Below are positions 13,976 through 60,214 of a stretch of 64,000 nucleotides of DNA, in pieces. Numbering within the stretch: the first letter of the stretch is position 1; each line of letters begins with the position of its first letter. Position numbers and translations under genes: made by a program. The stretch is taken from assembly GCA_012295275.1 (NCBI GenBank), contig CM022674.1, positions 4,092,001 to 4,156,000 on the forward strand. The letters run 5' to 3'. The stretch comes from Chrysomallon squamiferum (Eukaryota; Animalia; Mollusca). A model generated the notes under the pieces. It was not told the DNA's origin, did not search any database, and saw only the letters and a list, made by a program, of their open reading frames with translations.

Positions 13976-14799
13976 TGTGCATGCAGATATTTACACAAAT
14001 ACAAATCTCAAAGGGCACATACACATAGAATTTTAGAATTTATTTACTTCCTTACTTATTTTTATATAATTTTAAATAATAATTGAAAAAAAAAAGATAA
14101 TAAAACTAATAATGATAATAAAACAACAACAACAAAATCAACAGTAATGACATTTTCAGGTTGGAAGAACCAGTCTGTTACCAGGGATACTGAAAACTGT
14201 ACACTACAACAGAAACATGCCTCTCCCTCTCAAACTGTTTGAAATTTCTGATGTCATTTACCAGGATCCCAGCAAAGGTTTATTGAAATTGTTTTTGATA
14301 GTAGTAGTAGTAGCAGCAGCAGCAGTAGTAGTAGTTTGGGAACTAAAATCGATACTGTTTTCTAATTTTTAATTTTTTATATTTTTTTTTATTGGGATTT
14401 TGATGATTTTTATATTTTTTTATTTTTATTTTGTTTTTCATTTTTAAAACTTAAATATAAACTGAACATTTATTGTTTTAAAAAACTATTTTACATGTAA
14501 TATTTAAAAAAAATTCAGATGTTGGTGTAAGAAACGAGAGAAGACTTTGCGCTGTAAATTACAACACATCTCCAGGGTTTGAAATAATTCATGGTCTTCT
14601 AGACAGAGTGATGGAGCAGTTAGAGATAGAACATAACCAGAAAGTGGAAACTGGCTACCATCTTGAATCTAGCAATGGTAATATAAGACCAGTTATAATA
14701 TATTATATTTATTTATTTATATATTTATTATTTTTATTATATGTGTGGTTTTGTGTGTATGTGTGTGTATATATCTTTTTTTGCTTTGTTTTTGATTCT

Positions 14800-14850
<51 letters not shown>

Positions 14851-15285
14851 TTTATCTGCTTACTTATAAATAATAATTTAAAAAGTAGTTACAAGTAATA
14901 GTAATAATAAGATGATGATGGTAATAATTCCTATTACATAAAGAAGAAAGTTAGTAATTAACCTTGTCCCCTGGTCAAAAATTCTTCATCAGATTGGATT
15001 TATCTACTTTTGGATTTCTAAATTTTTTATTTATTATTATTTATTATTTTTTAAATATTTGTTAACAGTCTGCTAAAAATTTCAATTTTCCTCATTCATT
15101 CTTTGTTTCTTTGTTTTCTTTCTTTCCTTGCAGACCCAGCCTTTTTTCCAGGACGTTGTGCTAAAATAATTTGCGGTGGAAGGTCAATAGGTCAACTGGG
15201 TGTCCTTCACCCTGACACTGTCACCAAGTTTGAACTTAACATGCCTTGCTCTGCAATGGAAATTAATATTGAACCATTTTTGTGA
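4142..15285 (+). CDS. FARSB: Phenylalanine--tRNA ligase beta subunit, 19 exons, about 591 aa (needs one base removed near 11557-11562)
   Basis: Exons 4142-4199, 4942-4997, 5234-5331, 6036-6092, 6777-6849, 7152-7211, 7699-7754, 8046-8196, 9192-9300, 9680-9812, 10048-10099, 10649-10710, 11488-11595, 11872-11972, 12600-12680, 13460-13552, 14160-14277, 14519-14677, 15134-15285. Diagnostic peptides: [100 protein letters not shown]. Phases agree except exon 13. Confidence 0.97.
6093..6366 (+). repeat. Degenerate tandem repeat, about 68-73 bp x4, starting at the FARSB exon 4 donor
   Basis: First unit begins gtgagtagctgttttt; later units begin atcagtagat(g)ttttt and share ttaggtaaa...ttttatggtttagttgata. 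Confidence 0.7.
10527..10540. promoter_or_regulatory. RFX X-box consensus motif in FARSB intron 11
   Basis: GTTGCTATGGAAAC fits GTYNCYATRGNAAC and is flanked by CCT/AGG. Function not shown. Confidence 0.45.
11596..11871 (+). other. U12-type (minor spliceosome) AT-AC intron in FARSB
   Basis: 5' site ATATCCTTT, branch-like TTTCCTTAT at about 11853-11861, 3' end TAC. The join restores TRH-D-VIHACD. Confidence 0.92.
12302..12350 (-). mobile_element. Remnant resembling an L2-type LINE/SINE 3' tail
   Basis: Minus strand reads tgtaaagcactcttga...gaaagggtgctatataaat then A-rich sequence, similar to the tgtaaagcgc...gcgctatataaat tail from memory. Confidence 0.4.
13160..13243 (+). mobile_element. 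Possible retroposon (SINE-like) 3' tail ending in (CATT)n
   Basis: ...tgctggggtgtcattaaa followed directly by a (cattcatt)n tail. No internal promoter seen. Confidence 0.3.
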
Positions 15286-16037
15286 CGTATTTTAAAAATA
15301 TTAATCACAAAACATTTTAATGTCAGCTGAAAAAAAAAAAAAAAGATAGTAATAATAAAAGACTGTACAAGTGATTTGACTTTTGTGATTTCTTGGAAAG
15401 ATATTTGTATTATAAAAATGTGTACACAGTTGTTAAATAGAAGACTGTTTGTCAAACATATATTATTTATATGTTATTTTTTATTTTATTTTATATATTT
15501 TAATAATGTTATGAAAGAGGAAGTATATCTGCAACCTCTCCGTAGATTAGCAGTAGTGGAGAGTTTAAATGCACCTTCTCACAGACAGTAGACCATAACC
15601 TTTGAGAAGCTTTTCATGTGTTTACATTCAGATTAATGATGAGTAAGAAAATGTGATACCAAATCAACAGATTTGTCATTTTGTTGCTAAAGAAATTTTT
15701 ATAGAAAATGAAATTTACAGACACACACACACACGCATCACATTTGTACTCACACACACACACATAATCACATTTGTACTTCTTTGGGGGTATGCTTTGG
15801 GTGCAAAACATTTGAGGGTAGTCCCTCATCAAAAAAAAAACAAAAAGATAATTCTAAAAAAAAAAAAAAAAAAACAAAATAAACACACACACACACACAC
15901 ACAGAAACAGACACGCGCATTTAAAACCAAAAAGTACCAAATTAAAAATAAAATAAATATTTCTTAGTTAAAAAATGTTTGATTGTTTGATTAAAAAATT
16001 AAACATAAAAAATAAATAAATAATAATAATAATAATA

Positions 16038-16209
16038 AACATCCCGAAAAATAATTGTTAAAAAAAAAAAGCAAGAAGCATCCTGAAAAGAAATTGACAA
16101 AAAAAAGAAAAAAAAAGTGGTTGCTTAGACCTGAATTGTAACATTCGTAAGTTATAAATGGTTGACGTTGTTTGATTAAAAATAATAAATAAATAAATAA
16201 ATAAACAAC

Positions 16210-16258
<49 letters not shown>

Positions 16259-16365
16259 TAAAGCAACAGAAGCATCCCGAAAATAATTGAAAGAAAAAAA
16301 GAAGAAAAAACAAAACAAATGAACAAAAACTGGTTGCTTAGACCAGAATTTTAACATTCGTAATT
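16038..16365. repeat. Degenerate tandem duplication of about 200 bp downstream of FARSB
   Basis: gaagcatcc(t/c)gaaaa...ggttgcttagacc(t/a)gaatt(g/t)taacattcgtaa occurs twice, with a partial third copy at 16038. Confidence 0.65.
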
Positions 16366-16446
16366 GTTCGGAACGCTTTACTCGAAATACCTCGCAATGT
16401 TTTTTTTCTGAAATGACAAAAAATATCGAATTATTGAACAGACAAT

Positions 16447-16497
<51 letters not shown>

Positions 16498-17624
16498 CAA
16501 ATAAATAACAAAAATAATTACAGTCGTATTTTCATTGGGTATTAGAAATGTGATGTCATCAATGGTAATCAGTAGTTCTGACTCGGGAAAAAAAGGGAAT
16601 TTGAAATACTATCGAAAACATAAATTCAAATATTAACTCACAGGATTGTTCTTATGACATTAATCGTGAGTGTATTTAAAGTATCTCACTTCATTAAAAT
16701 AGCAAGAACTGTAAATAATAATATAAGAATAGTTTAGATAATATTTTACTTATGAACAAACGGTAACCAAGGGTATCTAAGGTATTTTCTTATGTGATTA
16801 TTTGGAGACTGGTGAGACAAATTGTCGCACAACTGTAATTATTTTCATTCTCATATGTGATAGTTACCACCATAAACAAGTAAAATAAATAAATAAATAA
16901 ATAAAAACTTACAAATTTAAAAGTATTATACTATAATGTATGTGTATAACGTATTCAGGAGGCAAAAATCTAAAAGAAAAAGAAGAAAAAAGCAAAACAA
17001 CAAATGAATGAGGAATTAGAATAGACACTCAAACACATGTACACTTAAGATAAACATGGAGAAAAAAAGATAAAAATGAATTATAATAAATAAATAAAAT
17101 AAAATAAAAATAAATAAATAAATAAAGCAAAATAAAGATAATAAACCAAAAAAATGAAGAATTAAGAGAATTTATGTATCAATGTTTAAAAACATTTAAA
17201 CTTCATTGTCTTTTAATAATTTCTGAAATTTCATGAACACTGGTGTCAGAGTTTGATATAAACAAAACATACTATAACTTATAAACTTTAAAGAAGAATT
17301 TAAAACAAACCACACAGCACTCCAAAATAAAAAATAAACATTCAACAAATAAAAAAGTAGAATAAAACATACAAATCTCTTTTTTATTTTATTTTCAAAC
17401 ACAAAGTATATAATTTAAATAACAAACTCAGTTTATATAAAAACAAATAAATTATTATCACAGCTAAGAACTTGGAAAATATTTCAGAATGTTTTTTTTC
17501 ATTTAAATATTTCAAAAGCTTTTATGAAGTAAGAGAAATATTTTGGAGTATTTCTTGGTGGTAAATGGGGGAAAAAAAAAAAAAAAAATTCCTCATATAG
17601 CTATATCTTTTAGGAAAAAATTAT

Positions 17625-17683
<59 letters not shown>

Positions 17684-19605
17684 GCCAGTTAATTTTCTGT
17701 TGGCTTCTTAGTTTCATATAACTGCAGTCTTAGCTTGCCAGTTTCAATATTCTCATGCAAATATGGTTCATAGTTTGATATGACATTGTTTTTAACAGCT
17801 ATTTCTAGTATCATTCTTTCTGATACAAAGCGATATTATTCTGATATAACATCTTAGCAATATATAAACTGTTTATTTTAACATTATTTATTCTCATATT
17901 TAATTTCTAATATTATTCAGATAAAACAATACTTAGCAATACCAAATATTGTTCATTCTTATATTTTTCTTTTCACATTTAATAATATTATTCTGACACA
18001 AGTTTGGCTTAGCAATATACCATACTGTTCATTTTAATATCTTTATTCTGATATGAATAATATCATTCTGATATAGCCATAGCTTTGCAATATATGATAC
18101 CATTAATTTTGTTATTGTTTATTCTGTTTTTTTAATATGACTATGGCTTAAAGATATGCCATTTTGTGCATGTTTATACTGTTTATTCTGATATATTTCT
18201 TTCTCATATGATGCAATATGATTTTGATATCACAGCTCTGCAATATAAGAAATTCTTCATTCTTACATTCATTTTTTTGTCTGATTTTAGATCATAATAT
18301 TGATAAAAGCTTTGCAATATCTAAATCTCATTTTAAAACTGTTTACTATGTTTTTCTTCTGAAATGAAATTTTATTCCAAAACAACTTTGGCTTAGCAAT
18401 GTATCACATTTTGCTTTTTCATTTTGTTTATCTGATATATTTTTTTTCTGATATGAAACAATATTACTTTGATATAACTACTGCTTTGCAGTATAAAATA
18501 TTATTCATTTTAACATTTTTCTTTTGATATGAAATGGTAATAACGATATAAGCTCTGCACTTTTATACAGTTAGTTTTAAATATTTTTTCTTGATATGTT
18601 TCTTTTGATATGAAATTATTCTAATACAAGCATGGTTTTGTTTTTTTGTGATATTTTACTGATAGGAAAGAATATTCTAATATAACTGTAGCCTAGCAAA
18701 TATGTGCTATTGTAATATGTGACATGGTTCATTTTATTATCATTTTTGACATGAAGCAATATTCAAATAAAACTATGGCCATGCAGTGTATGATATTGTT
18801 CTTTTTAATATTGCTTAGCCTGATATGTTTTCTTCTTATTCAAACTGATATTATTCTTTGCAATAAAAAAATTTTTCCTTCTGTTATTTTTTCTTTTCAC
18901 ATGAAACAATATTGTTCTGATACAGTCATTGTTTTGCAATACATATTCATTTTCTTATTTTTTATTTTGATATGAAGCAATATTCTAATATAACTATGGC
19001 CTAGAAATACATAATACTGCAGTGTACAATATTGCAATATGTGATATGGTTCATTTTATTATTTTATTATTTTGAACGAACCAATATTCTAATACAGCTA
19101 AGGCCTAAAAATATATAATATTGTTCATTTTCTGATTTTTAATTCTGATATTTTATGAAGCAATATTATTTGTTACAATAGCAGCTTTGCATTATATAAT
19201 ACCATTCATTTTAACATTTTTATTTTTTCAATTTTTGTTTTTATATCAAATTGAAAAATTATTCAACTAAAGCTCTGCAATAAATGATATTTTTTATTTT
19301 AAACAATATTTATTCTGATATGAGGTGAAAACTATTCTGATACAATCATGGCTTTGGATATTTGATATCAGTCATTATTCATATTGTTTATTCTGATATA
19401 ATCATGGCTCATAACATGATATTATTAAGATTTTTCTGATGTGATTACTAGTCTGATATGAATATATCAGGAAGAATGATACGATGTTTTTTTTTTTACT
19501 GTAACACAGGATGTTGTGATATATATATTTTTTTATTCTGATCGTGACTCATTGCTTCATATTGGTCTTTCTGATATGTTTTTTTCCTTCTGATATGATG
19601 TGAGA

Positions 19606-50848
<31,243 letters not shown>

Positions 50849-50883
50849 CGTGATGTATTTATCTAATAATAATAATGATGATC

Positions 50884-50925
<42 letters not shown>

Positions 50926-50936
50926 TGATAATGATA

Positions 50937-50967
<31 letters not shown>

Positions 50968-51813
50968 TAGTAATAGTAATAGTAATAGTAATAATAATAA
51001 CAATAACAATAATAATATAATGATAACGATAATAATAATGATAATAGTAATAGTAATAATAATAATGATGATGATGATGATGATAATAATAATAATAATA
51101 ATAATAAAAAATAAGAATAAGAATAAGAATAAGAATAAGAAGCAGATGATGATCAGACAGAAATAAATAACCACTAAGAGACTGACGTCTGTCACACACG
51201 TAAATACATGGACAGTTGTAGATAAATACAAATTGATATAGGTAGGTAGGTAAGACAAGTTGGTAGATTATGGTAAATTAATACCACTATAGATTAGATA
51301 ACAATAATAATGATGATGATGATGATGATGATGATGATAATAATATAGCGTCTTTCTAAATATTCCTGTTTTGTCTCTTTTATGTTTATTAACGCATAAT
51401 TTTTATTTACCACTACAACAATTATAATTACATTTTAACTTGTCACTTTCAGTACAAAAGAAAATAAGTAAAACTGAAAGATACTGAAATGCACCAGACT
51501 GATATTACTGCAACTGACGTAAAATAATAATCAAACAAAGATGTCTTAATACTTTTCGTTAATGGTAACATTAGTTTAAAAAATATTAAATGTAAACGAT
51601 AACAGCGATAATAGGTTGTTTATGATTATAAACTATAAATTATATAAAATGTTCAATTAAATACAATTATGCATTGATATGAAAAGTAAAAACTGCACAT
51701 TTTAAATAATATCATTGATTTATAGATCATACCAAATTAGAAATCACCAAAGAATCGGAATAAGGCAAAACTGATATAAAATAATTACTGGTGTCGTGGT
51801 GCTTTGTGTACAT

Positions 51814-51835
51814 CCGCCATGTTGCTAGCAGCAAC
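51814..51835 (-). promoter_or_regulatory. Probable CFAP74 promoter-proximal element: X-box-like palindrome overlapping a YY1-like motif
   Basis: GTTGCT-AGC-AGCAAC at 51821-51835; minus strand continues CAACATGGCGG. Candidate 5' UTR donors at about 51788 and 51731; acceptor at 50863. Confidence 0.5.
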
Positions 51836-52060
51836 TGTGGTCTCACAACACATTTATTATTAATAAAAGAGTCCAAATGATTTAGATCGCTTTTTCTGTA
51901 GTAATCTTCTAAATTTGTTACAGTAAATAAACACAGAGATATAAATGAATTTAATAACAATATGCAGAACGAAATTTATATACCTGATTTAATATTATTA
52001 TTTATATTTTATATTATTAATCTATCAGTCGGGACATATCGGTTTGGCGACTGCAGACGC

Positions 52061-52092
<32 letters not shown>

Positions 52093-52114
52093 AGTTATAT
52101 GATGACATGTAAAT

Positions 52115-52176
<62 letters not shown>

Positions 52177-52843
52177 AAACTACAACCAATTTTCACATTT
52201 TTATCACTTTATTCCACGTTTTTCAAATACAAAGACACAGCAATTTTAAACAGCTATTTCATATGTGTTTACTAATATTTATGTATACATAATTTTGATA
52301 TATGTAAAATACATCTAATGTATAATAGCAATACATTCTGGTCATACATTTTATTTGACTATTCTACAGTCCACATCAAAAACCAAAACAAAATGAGACA
52401 TTAATATTATTATTATTATAAAATACCAGTTTTGGCAGCATTAAAAATTAAGAAAAGCTTAAAATTATAAAACAAAACTAAACTAACAAAATGAAAATAA
52501 TAAAATAAATATAACATAAAAAAAATATATATAAATATGGAAAAAAGATATAACGTTAATTAAAAGGTACAAATTTAAATTAAAAATATTGTGGTAAAAT
52601 TATGTTTTAATGTTGAACTAAAAATGGCAAATGTAAATAAATAAATAAGTAAATAAATAAGTAAATAAATAAATCAATAAATAAATCAATATATAAATCA
52701 AAATGTATAAATAAACATGGTAAATAAGATAAAATTAAGAATCTGATGATGACTGGCATATATGTGTTTTTTAGAAATGAAAAATAAATTAACACACACA
52801 ATGAATTAGTGATCAACACATTTAAATAACAATAACAACAACA

Positions 52844-52910
<67 letters not shown>

Positions 52911-53238
52911 TTAAAATAAACCACAAATCTTAAAAAAGAAAAGAAAAAGGACCCCAACTAAATAATGACCAATTTCCCACTGAAATAACTAAAAATAGCA
53001 ACCCACTTGTAATGTATAATTTCTCTCCCTTTCTCATTCTCTTAATCACACACACACACACACACATGCACACACACACATGCACACACACAAAAAGAGG
53101 TCTCTGGTCATGTGGTACATGTGAGACAGAAATGGTTTCCCATTCTAACTACTACTCGTTATGTTGTTTCCCATACAAAACAATGACTGGCTCATCAAAA
53201 AGCTCTCGTATGTGTTTTCCTGTCCATGAAAATGAATG

Positions 53239-53274
<36 letters not shown>

Positions 53275-53918
53275 TAACCTCTCATAAAATCTTTTGCGTG
53301 ATATCTTACATAATCATGATATAAGGTCTCATATATTAAACATTTATCAACTGATTTAAAAATAGACACAGAGACAAATGTCAGACTGCATCAACAGTGA
53401 TACTCAGTTTGTCGACCGATCATAATTCAAAAAAAAAAAAAAAAAAAAATGTATCGCTCCACCAGACACACATTCTAACACATACATATGTACAAATACA
53501 CATACATATGTACATATACGCACACACACACACACACATATGGCTGTAACTTGATAATGGATTTTCGCAATGTTAAGTAGATTGAAAATATTGTTAAGGA
53601 CAGCAAAGTGGGTATGGGTTATGGTAGAATTTATTTTTTTATTTTTTTATTTTTTAAACAAAAATTTACATTTTGGGTAGGGGAGTGTGCATCTGTTGTA
53701 CCTGCTTTCTTCAGAAGATTCTTGATAATCTCTGACTTAAGGATTTCTAAGACAGGTGATATTATCTCCCCTTTTTGTTTTTCTATTCATTGGAACAGAC
53801 TTAAAATTGTTAAAAATTCATGAATATAGAACATTTTGGGGAAAAAAAAATTTGTATTTATTTATTTATTATTTATTGTTATTGTTATTGTTATTATTAT
53901 TACTATTATTATTATTAC

Positions 53919-53949
<31 letters not shown>

Positions 53950-54133
53950 TTTGAAAATTCTATTGTTTTTTTATTATTCATGTTACATGAAAAATATTTG
54001 TAGATTTAGTGTATTGTTAGTAAAAATATTAAAATCAGTAAGACTTAACATTTATTAACAAAAAGCCCAAATCAAAATCATCCCTAATAAAAGAAACTGC
54101 ACAATTTAATTAATTCCATTTATAGGAATTTTT

Positions 54134-54178
<45 letters not shown>

Positions 54179-54867
54179 TAAAATAAAACCAGTAATAACA
54201 CTAATAATAACAACAAAAAGAAGAAAATGAACAAAATATCTACAAATATAAACTAAAAAACATCGTTTTTACATGTAATAAAAATAAAAACAACAATTTT
54301 TAACCAACTACTAACACAGTAACATTTATAAATTGTTATAAAATTCTCCAAAAATGTATTCTCTACAAAATGAAAACAACTCACTTTTCACACTTAACAA
54401 GTAACAGAATTTCATTGTCAATACTGCCAAAATGTGGCATGAGAAAAAAAAGAAAAAAGAAACTAACTAAATACCAAAATAACTAAAGATTTAAAAATAT
54501 TACAATCATATTTAGGAATTTTTGTTTTTGTTGTTTTTTTCAGTACATTTTAAAATGCATATACATCATCACACCAAGTTCATTTTATTCTTCAAAACAA
54601 TGTTTCTGATCTTATTAATAAATATTTTAAAATGAATCTTCTTCATTTTAAAGAATATTTTGTGAATATATTTTTTTAGTTTCTCGATATACTGTTTGTT
54701 ATCATTTTCTAAATAATTTGTAAAATATATTCAATTGTTTGTTCAGTTCTGTAAATCAATTTCTAAAACAGAATAAAAAAGTAACAACTGTATAAGAATC
54801 CAACAAAAATAATAATAAAAATGATAAAAAGTCAACAACAAAAAACAATCCCCCACAACACAAAACA

Positions 54868-54912
<45 letters not shown>

Positions 54913-55355
54913 TCAGTTAATAAATGTATTAATATTTGTAAAAAAAAATGTCACTTCACATTTACCACATTTTATCATAAAACAATTTACTCATATACAT
55001 ACAAAGAAGACAAATACACAGTGCTATCAATGCTAGATTAAAATGTATACATACATTCACAGAAATGTACACAACCTAGAGTAACATGCAGATACACAAA
55101 GTAATATGAGCAAAGCTTGGGAAGCACAGACAATTCTATTTTAACTAACACCATTGAGATCAAAAACGTTATCTTCTCTGCACATTTTCACTTGTATTTA
55201 TCATCTTCATCATTGTTCAAAACCTTTCATTGCTGAGAATATTTGACACAAAACTGCCAGCACCAGATGAGGCAAACGTTTTGTCGTCACAGTTATATTT
55301 TTCTCTCTTATTCTTATTTTATATAACTGATAAATTAAAAAGAGGCTATGCTCAG

Positions 55356-55390
<35 letters not shown>

Positions 55391-55548
55391 TTTTTATTTA
55401 AACAAAGATGTTTTAATGCTTGTTGGTGTTTTGGTGTTTTTCCCATTCCAGACAGACTCATGGAAGGATTTTTCTCTGAAAGAATTAATCTTGTAATAAC
55501 AAGGAAGTTTTAAAGTTAATCAGAATGAGTTTTTTTAATTTTTATTTT

Positions 55549-55580
<32 letters not shown>

Positions 55581-56224
55581 CATTTTTTTTTTCTTTTTTA
55601 TCATTTTTTTTTTGTCTTTATTTCTGTTTTTTTTTTTGAACTGATGATTTCATATTACTGATATTTTTAAAATTATTATTATTATTTTTTTTTTTTATTT
55701 TAACAAACAATTTAAATACATTCCTCATTGTGTTACCTCCCTTTAAAATACTCTAATTACAAAATGACAGTTTTAATCATCATGTGTACGTAACACTAAC
55801 ACCATATGTTAAAGGAACAAAAATAATATGAAGGACACATGAAGGTCCACAAACCACCTTGGGGTTTTAGCACGCCTTACGTGGGCAGGCAGAGATTACT
55901 ATCCATGTGAATGAACACATTTGGAACTTTTGTACACTACCTTCACTATGAAGTGTGATTAAATGCAAACAATAACAGCCTAGACAGAAGTATGACATCT
56001 TGTCAGGGAAAATTCATGGACTTTTAGATATCTCTTGCTTTCATGCATGCACACGCATATGCATAAAGTTATAATTAGTCTTATAAGTATGCGTGTGCTG
56101 ACTGTAAACATTTGTGCATATGCACACATACCAATACATATATGTGTGTACTTGCATTTGTATAATATATGCTTATATGATTACATATACATATATACAA
56201 ATACATACATATATACATCTATAT

Positions 56225-56311
<87 letters not shown>

Positions 56312-58405
56312 TATATATACATATATATACATACATATATATATATACACACACACATATATATATACACATATATACATACATATATGTATATATATAT
56401 GCGCACGCGCACACACATACACACACACACACACACAAACTTTTACACATATACATGGATTCATATAATATATACATGTTTATATAGAAGCATTCATGAT
56501 ATCAGAAATACATATACACATACATGGATCTACATCATACACTAGTACCCATATACTATTGCATATAAGGATACAGTTATTCATGATATCACACATATAT
56601 ACTCCCACACATATTTATATAATATATGCATGCATGACATATGTGTATATGTGACAAACACACACACACAAAAAAAAATGCTAGAGCCAGCATAACACTA
56701 GCTATAAACATACGAAATGAGCTGAAGAAATGAAAATAAATAGCGATAATGATAGTTATGACATTTTAAAAGTAATAAGACATTTTCTTCTTCTAATAAT
56801 AATAATAATAATAATAACAATAATTGTTATTATTATTATTTTCAAACATTTTTAATTACTTTATTTATTTATTTATTCATAAATTTATATATTTTTTGGT
56901 ACTAAATGTTTTGATTATGGCCTATGTCACCCTTTAAACAGGCTGTTAAAATTAAGCCTATTTAAATTTAGAAACACGGCACAAAATAAACATAATTTTT
57001 ATATATGAATACGCTATTTCATTTTTATCCTTAAATTAAATATACGTTTTGAGAATTTTCCTTCTTCATTTGTGCAATATACAGAATCCACAGTTTTGAA
57101 TACTAAGATAGTTTATGGCAAAGATACAGTGTTATGCCAATTTCACATACATTTGTATGTTCGTACAAATATATATATATAGAGAGAATAATGTACAAAT
57201 CAAAATTCAAATGGATGTGTACATATGTGTATATACAATAACAGATGACTGTAAAATTCAATATACAATAAAAATGCAAATGAGCTTGAATTATATATAT
57301 ATACTCTTATACGAGCAGAAGCAATTTATATATAAATATAAATTATATATATAGTGGCTAATGGATTTTAAATTCACAGGGTTTGCACAATATTTTAACA
57401 AAGACACATATAAGTGTAATTTAAAACATAGTTCTTGTAATATTAAACAAACAGTAGGAGACAACTCTAACAAAGTAGATAACTCATCCATAATAGATAA
57501 CTCTCATGTAGCAGTTACAATTTTTTCATAACATGATTTTAAAAGAATAATCCCCAATATAACAGAAACATAAAAAAAAAATAATAATAATTAAAAAAAA
57601 AAAAAAAAAAAATCACAGTGTGTATATTCGACATGTTTAATTGTCAAGATAAACAAATTAAGATGGAATAGGATTTTCAAAAATATTTTTAGAAAACCGA
57701 TTTAAATTAATTTTTCTTTCTTACTGTACCAATACTTTATTTATTTGTTTTTGATGATTTTTAATTAGTGACTTAATTTAATAATCCTTCAGGTTATCTC
57801 CCTGTTCAGTGTTCCAAAACTGAATCTGAAAGAACAAATCATTCTGCCTAATGTTACCCTGTCACCTGTTAAAGAAAAAATAGTTTAATTTTTTGTTTTT
57901 TTGAATTTTTGGTCTTTAAAAGTTTCAGAAAAGTATATGAAAGAGAACAGATGTCATCTGTAAAGATAAAGAGAAGTAAAAAAAAAAAAAAAAAAGCATT
58001 ATCAAAATTTGGATAAAGATATTTTATGTCCAAGTTTTTTATCACTAACATTACCAAAAAAATATATATTTTTTGACAGTTTTGGTCTTTAAAATGCTGA
58101 CTGATGGTGCACATTAAAACAGCTACAAAACACTTGGAAATTAACTAACCATCAAAACAGGGACTAATTTCAAAAAAAAAAAGATACCAGCCACAAAAAC
58201 TATCTTAAATCTCCAAGCAGAAACCATTCATTTAAAAAAAAACTCAACCAGAATCAACACGAGTCCCATATTAAAAAACAAACCTCATCAACAACCTATT
58301 AATAACGCTATTAAAAAACATAACCAGTTGTCATTTCTGTTTTCTCTCCCAATTTCAAAATATTTTCAGTCCAGACATGTGATATCTTCTGTTGTTGCAA
58401 ACCCT

Positions 58406-58885
58406 TCAGACTTTGCTGTTGCCCATTGGGGTTGTTTCATCGGCGTCATCGACAGAGTAATGTTTCTTCTGGCCCCGTGCACGACCGAATGCGATGGATG
58501 CAGCGATTTCGTCAAACGTCCTGTTTTTCGTTTCAGGAACGAAGAAGAAGATGAAAGTGATGGCCCCAACCAAGATGGCAGAGAAGAGGAGATAAGTGTA
58601 AGCTCCAAGTCCATCCTGTTTTAAAAAAAAAAAAACAGTAAAATAAAGTGTCATGAATAAAAAAAAAAGAATAATTAAGAAAGTATATAGATAAATTGAA
58701 AGAAACAAAAAACCCAACACATACACATACATACATACATACATACATACTTAGTTACATACACATTCATATATACATACATACATATATAAACATACCA
58801 TACATACATAAATACATACATACTTAGTTAAATACACACATTCATATATACATAAATACATACATACATACATACATACATACAT

Positions 58886-58942
<57 letters not shown>

Positions 58943-59605
58943 TACACATTATATACACACACATACATCACACATCTACACAGATGCATATACACACAAA
59001 TACATCCATAAATACATATATACATACAAACATTCATACACACACACAACACACACAACACACAACACACACACAACACAAACACACACACACACACACA
59101 CACACAACACACTGGTCTCATGCATTATACATCTAACGGGTTAAGCAAACAGAGCTCTCCCGGAGTAAAGAAATCTAGACACAATGAACTACGTATCATA
59201 AATAACACTGACCTTGAGGAAGGGGAAGGCCAACATGAGAATGAAGTTACAGATCCAGTTGAAAGCCAGGGACAAACTCATAGCAGCTGCTCTTGCTTCC
59301 TGTCGGAAAATCTCCGATACAACGATGAATGGAATTGGTCCTGAAATAATAATAGTAATAACAATGATGATGATGATGAGAGTGATAATAATTATAATAG
59401 TAATGATGATGATGATGATGATGATACGATTATGATAATGATGATGATATTAATGATGATAATGATGATAATAATAATAATATTAATATTTATGATACTA
59501 ATGATGATGATGATAATGATAATAATGATGATGCCAATAATAATATTAATATTAGTAATTATAATATGATGAAGATAATAATAATAATAATAATAATAAT
59601 AATTA

Positions 59606-59636
<31 letters not shown>

Positions 59637-59804
59637 AAGAAAAAGAAGAAGAAGAAGAAGACAGATAATACATTAATAAGAAAATAAGCATTATAAAAAT
59701 ATGATGAATGAAGATAATAAAATAATAACGAATAGCAAAGGTAATTATAATAACAGTAAGAATAACAAATATAATAATAATAATAAGAATAAGAATAAGA
59801 ATAA

Positions 59805-59868
<64 letters not shown>

Positions 59869-60173
59869 TGATCAATTCTTACCTAAGCCAAGAGCAAATC
59901 CAATGACGTACACATGCATAAGGAAAATGCAAGTCATAGCAAATGCTGTGTGATGTGCCTGGATTGGGAAAAACGGAGATAAATGAGTTAAAAATGAAAT
60001 TATAATAACTATTTATATAATTTAAAAAAAAATATATATGTTAATGAATAAGATGAAACAGAAATAAAAATAAAAGTAAAATGTATATAATATAATATAA
60101 TAACCGTAATATTCAATTTAAAAAATACCAAAATAATAATTATAAATCCATATTAAGAAACATATTCAGTTAC

Positions 60174-60214
<41 letters not shown>

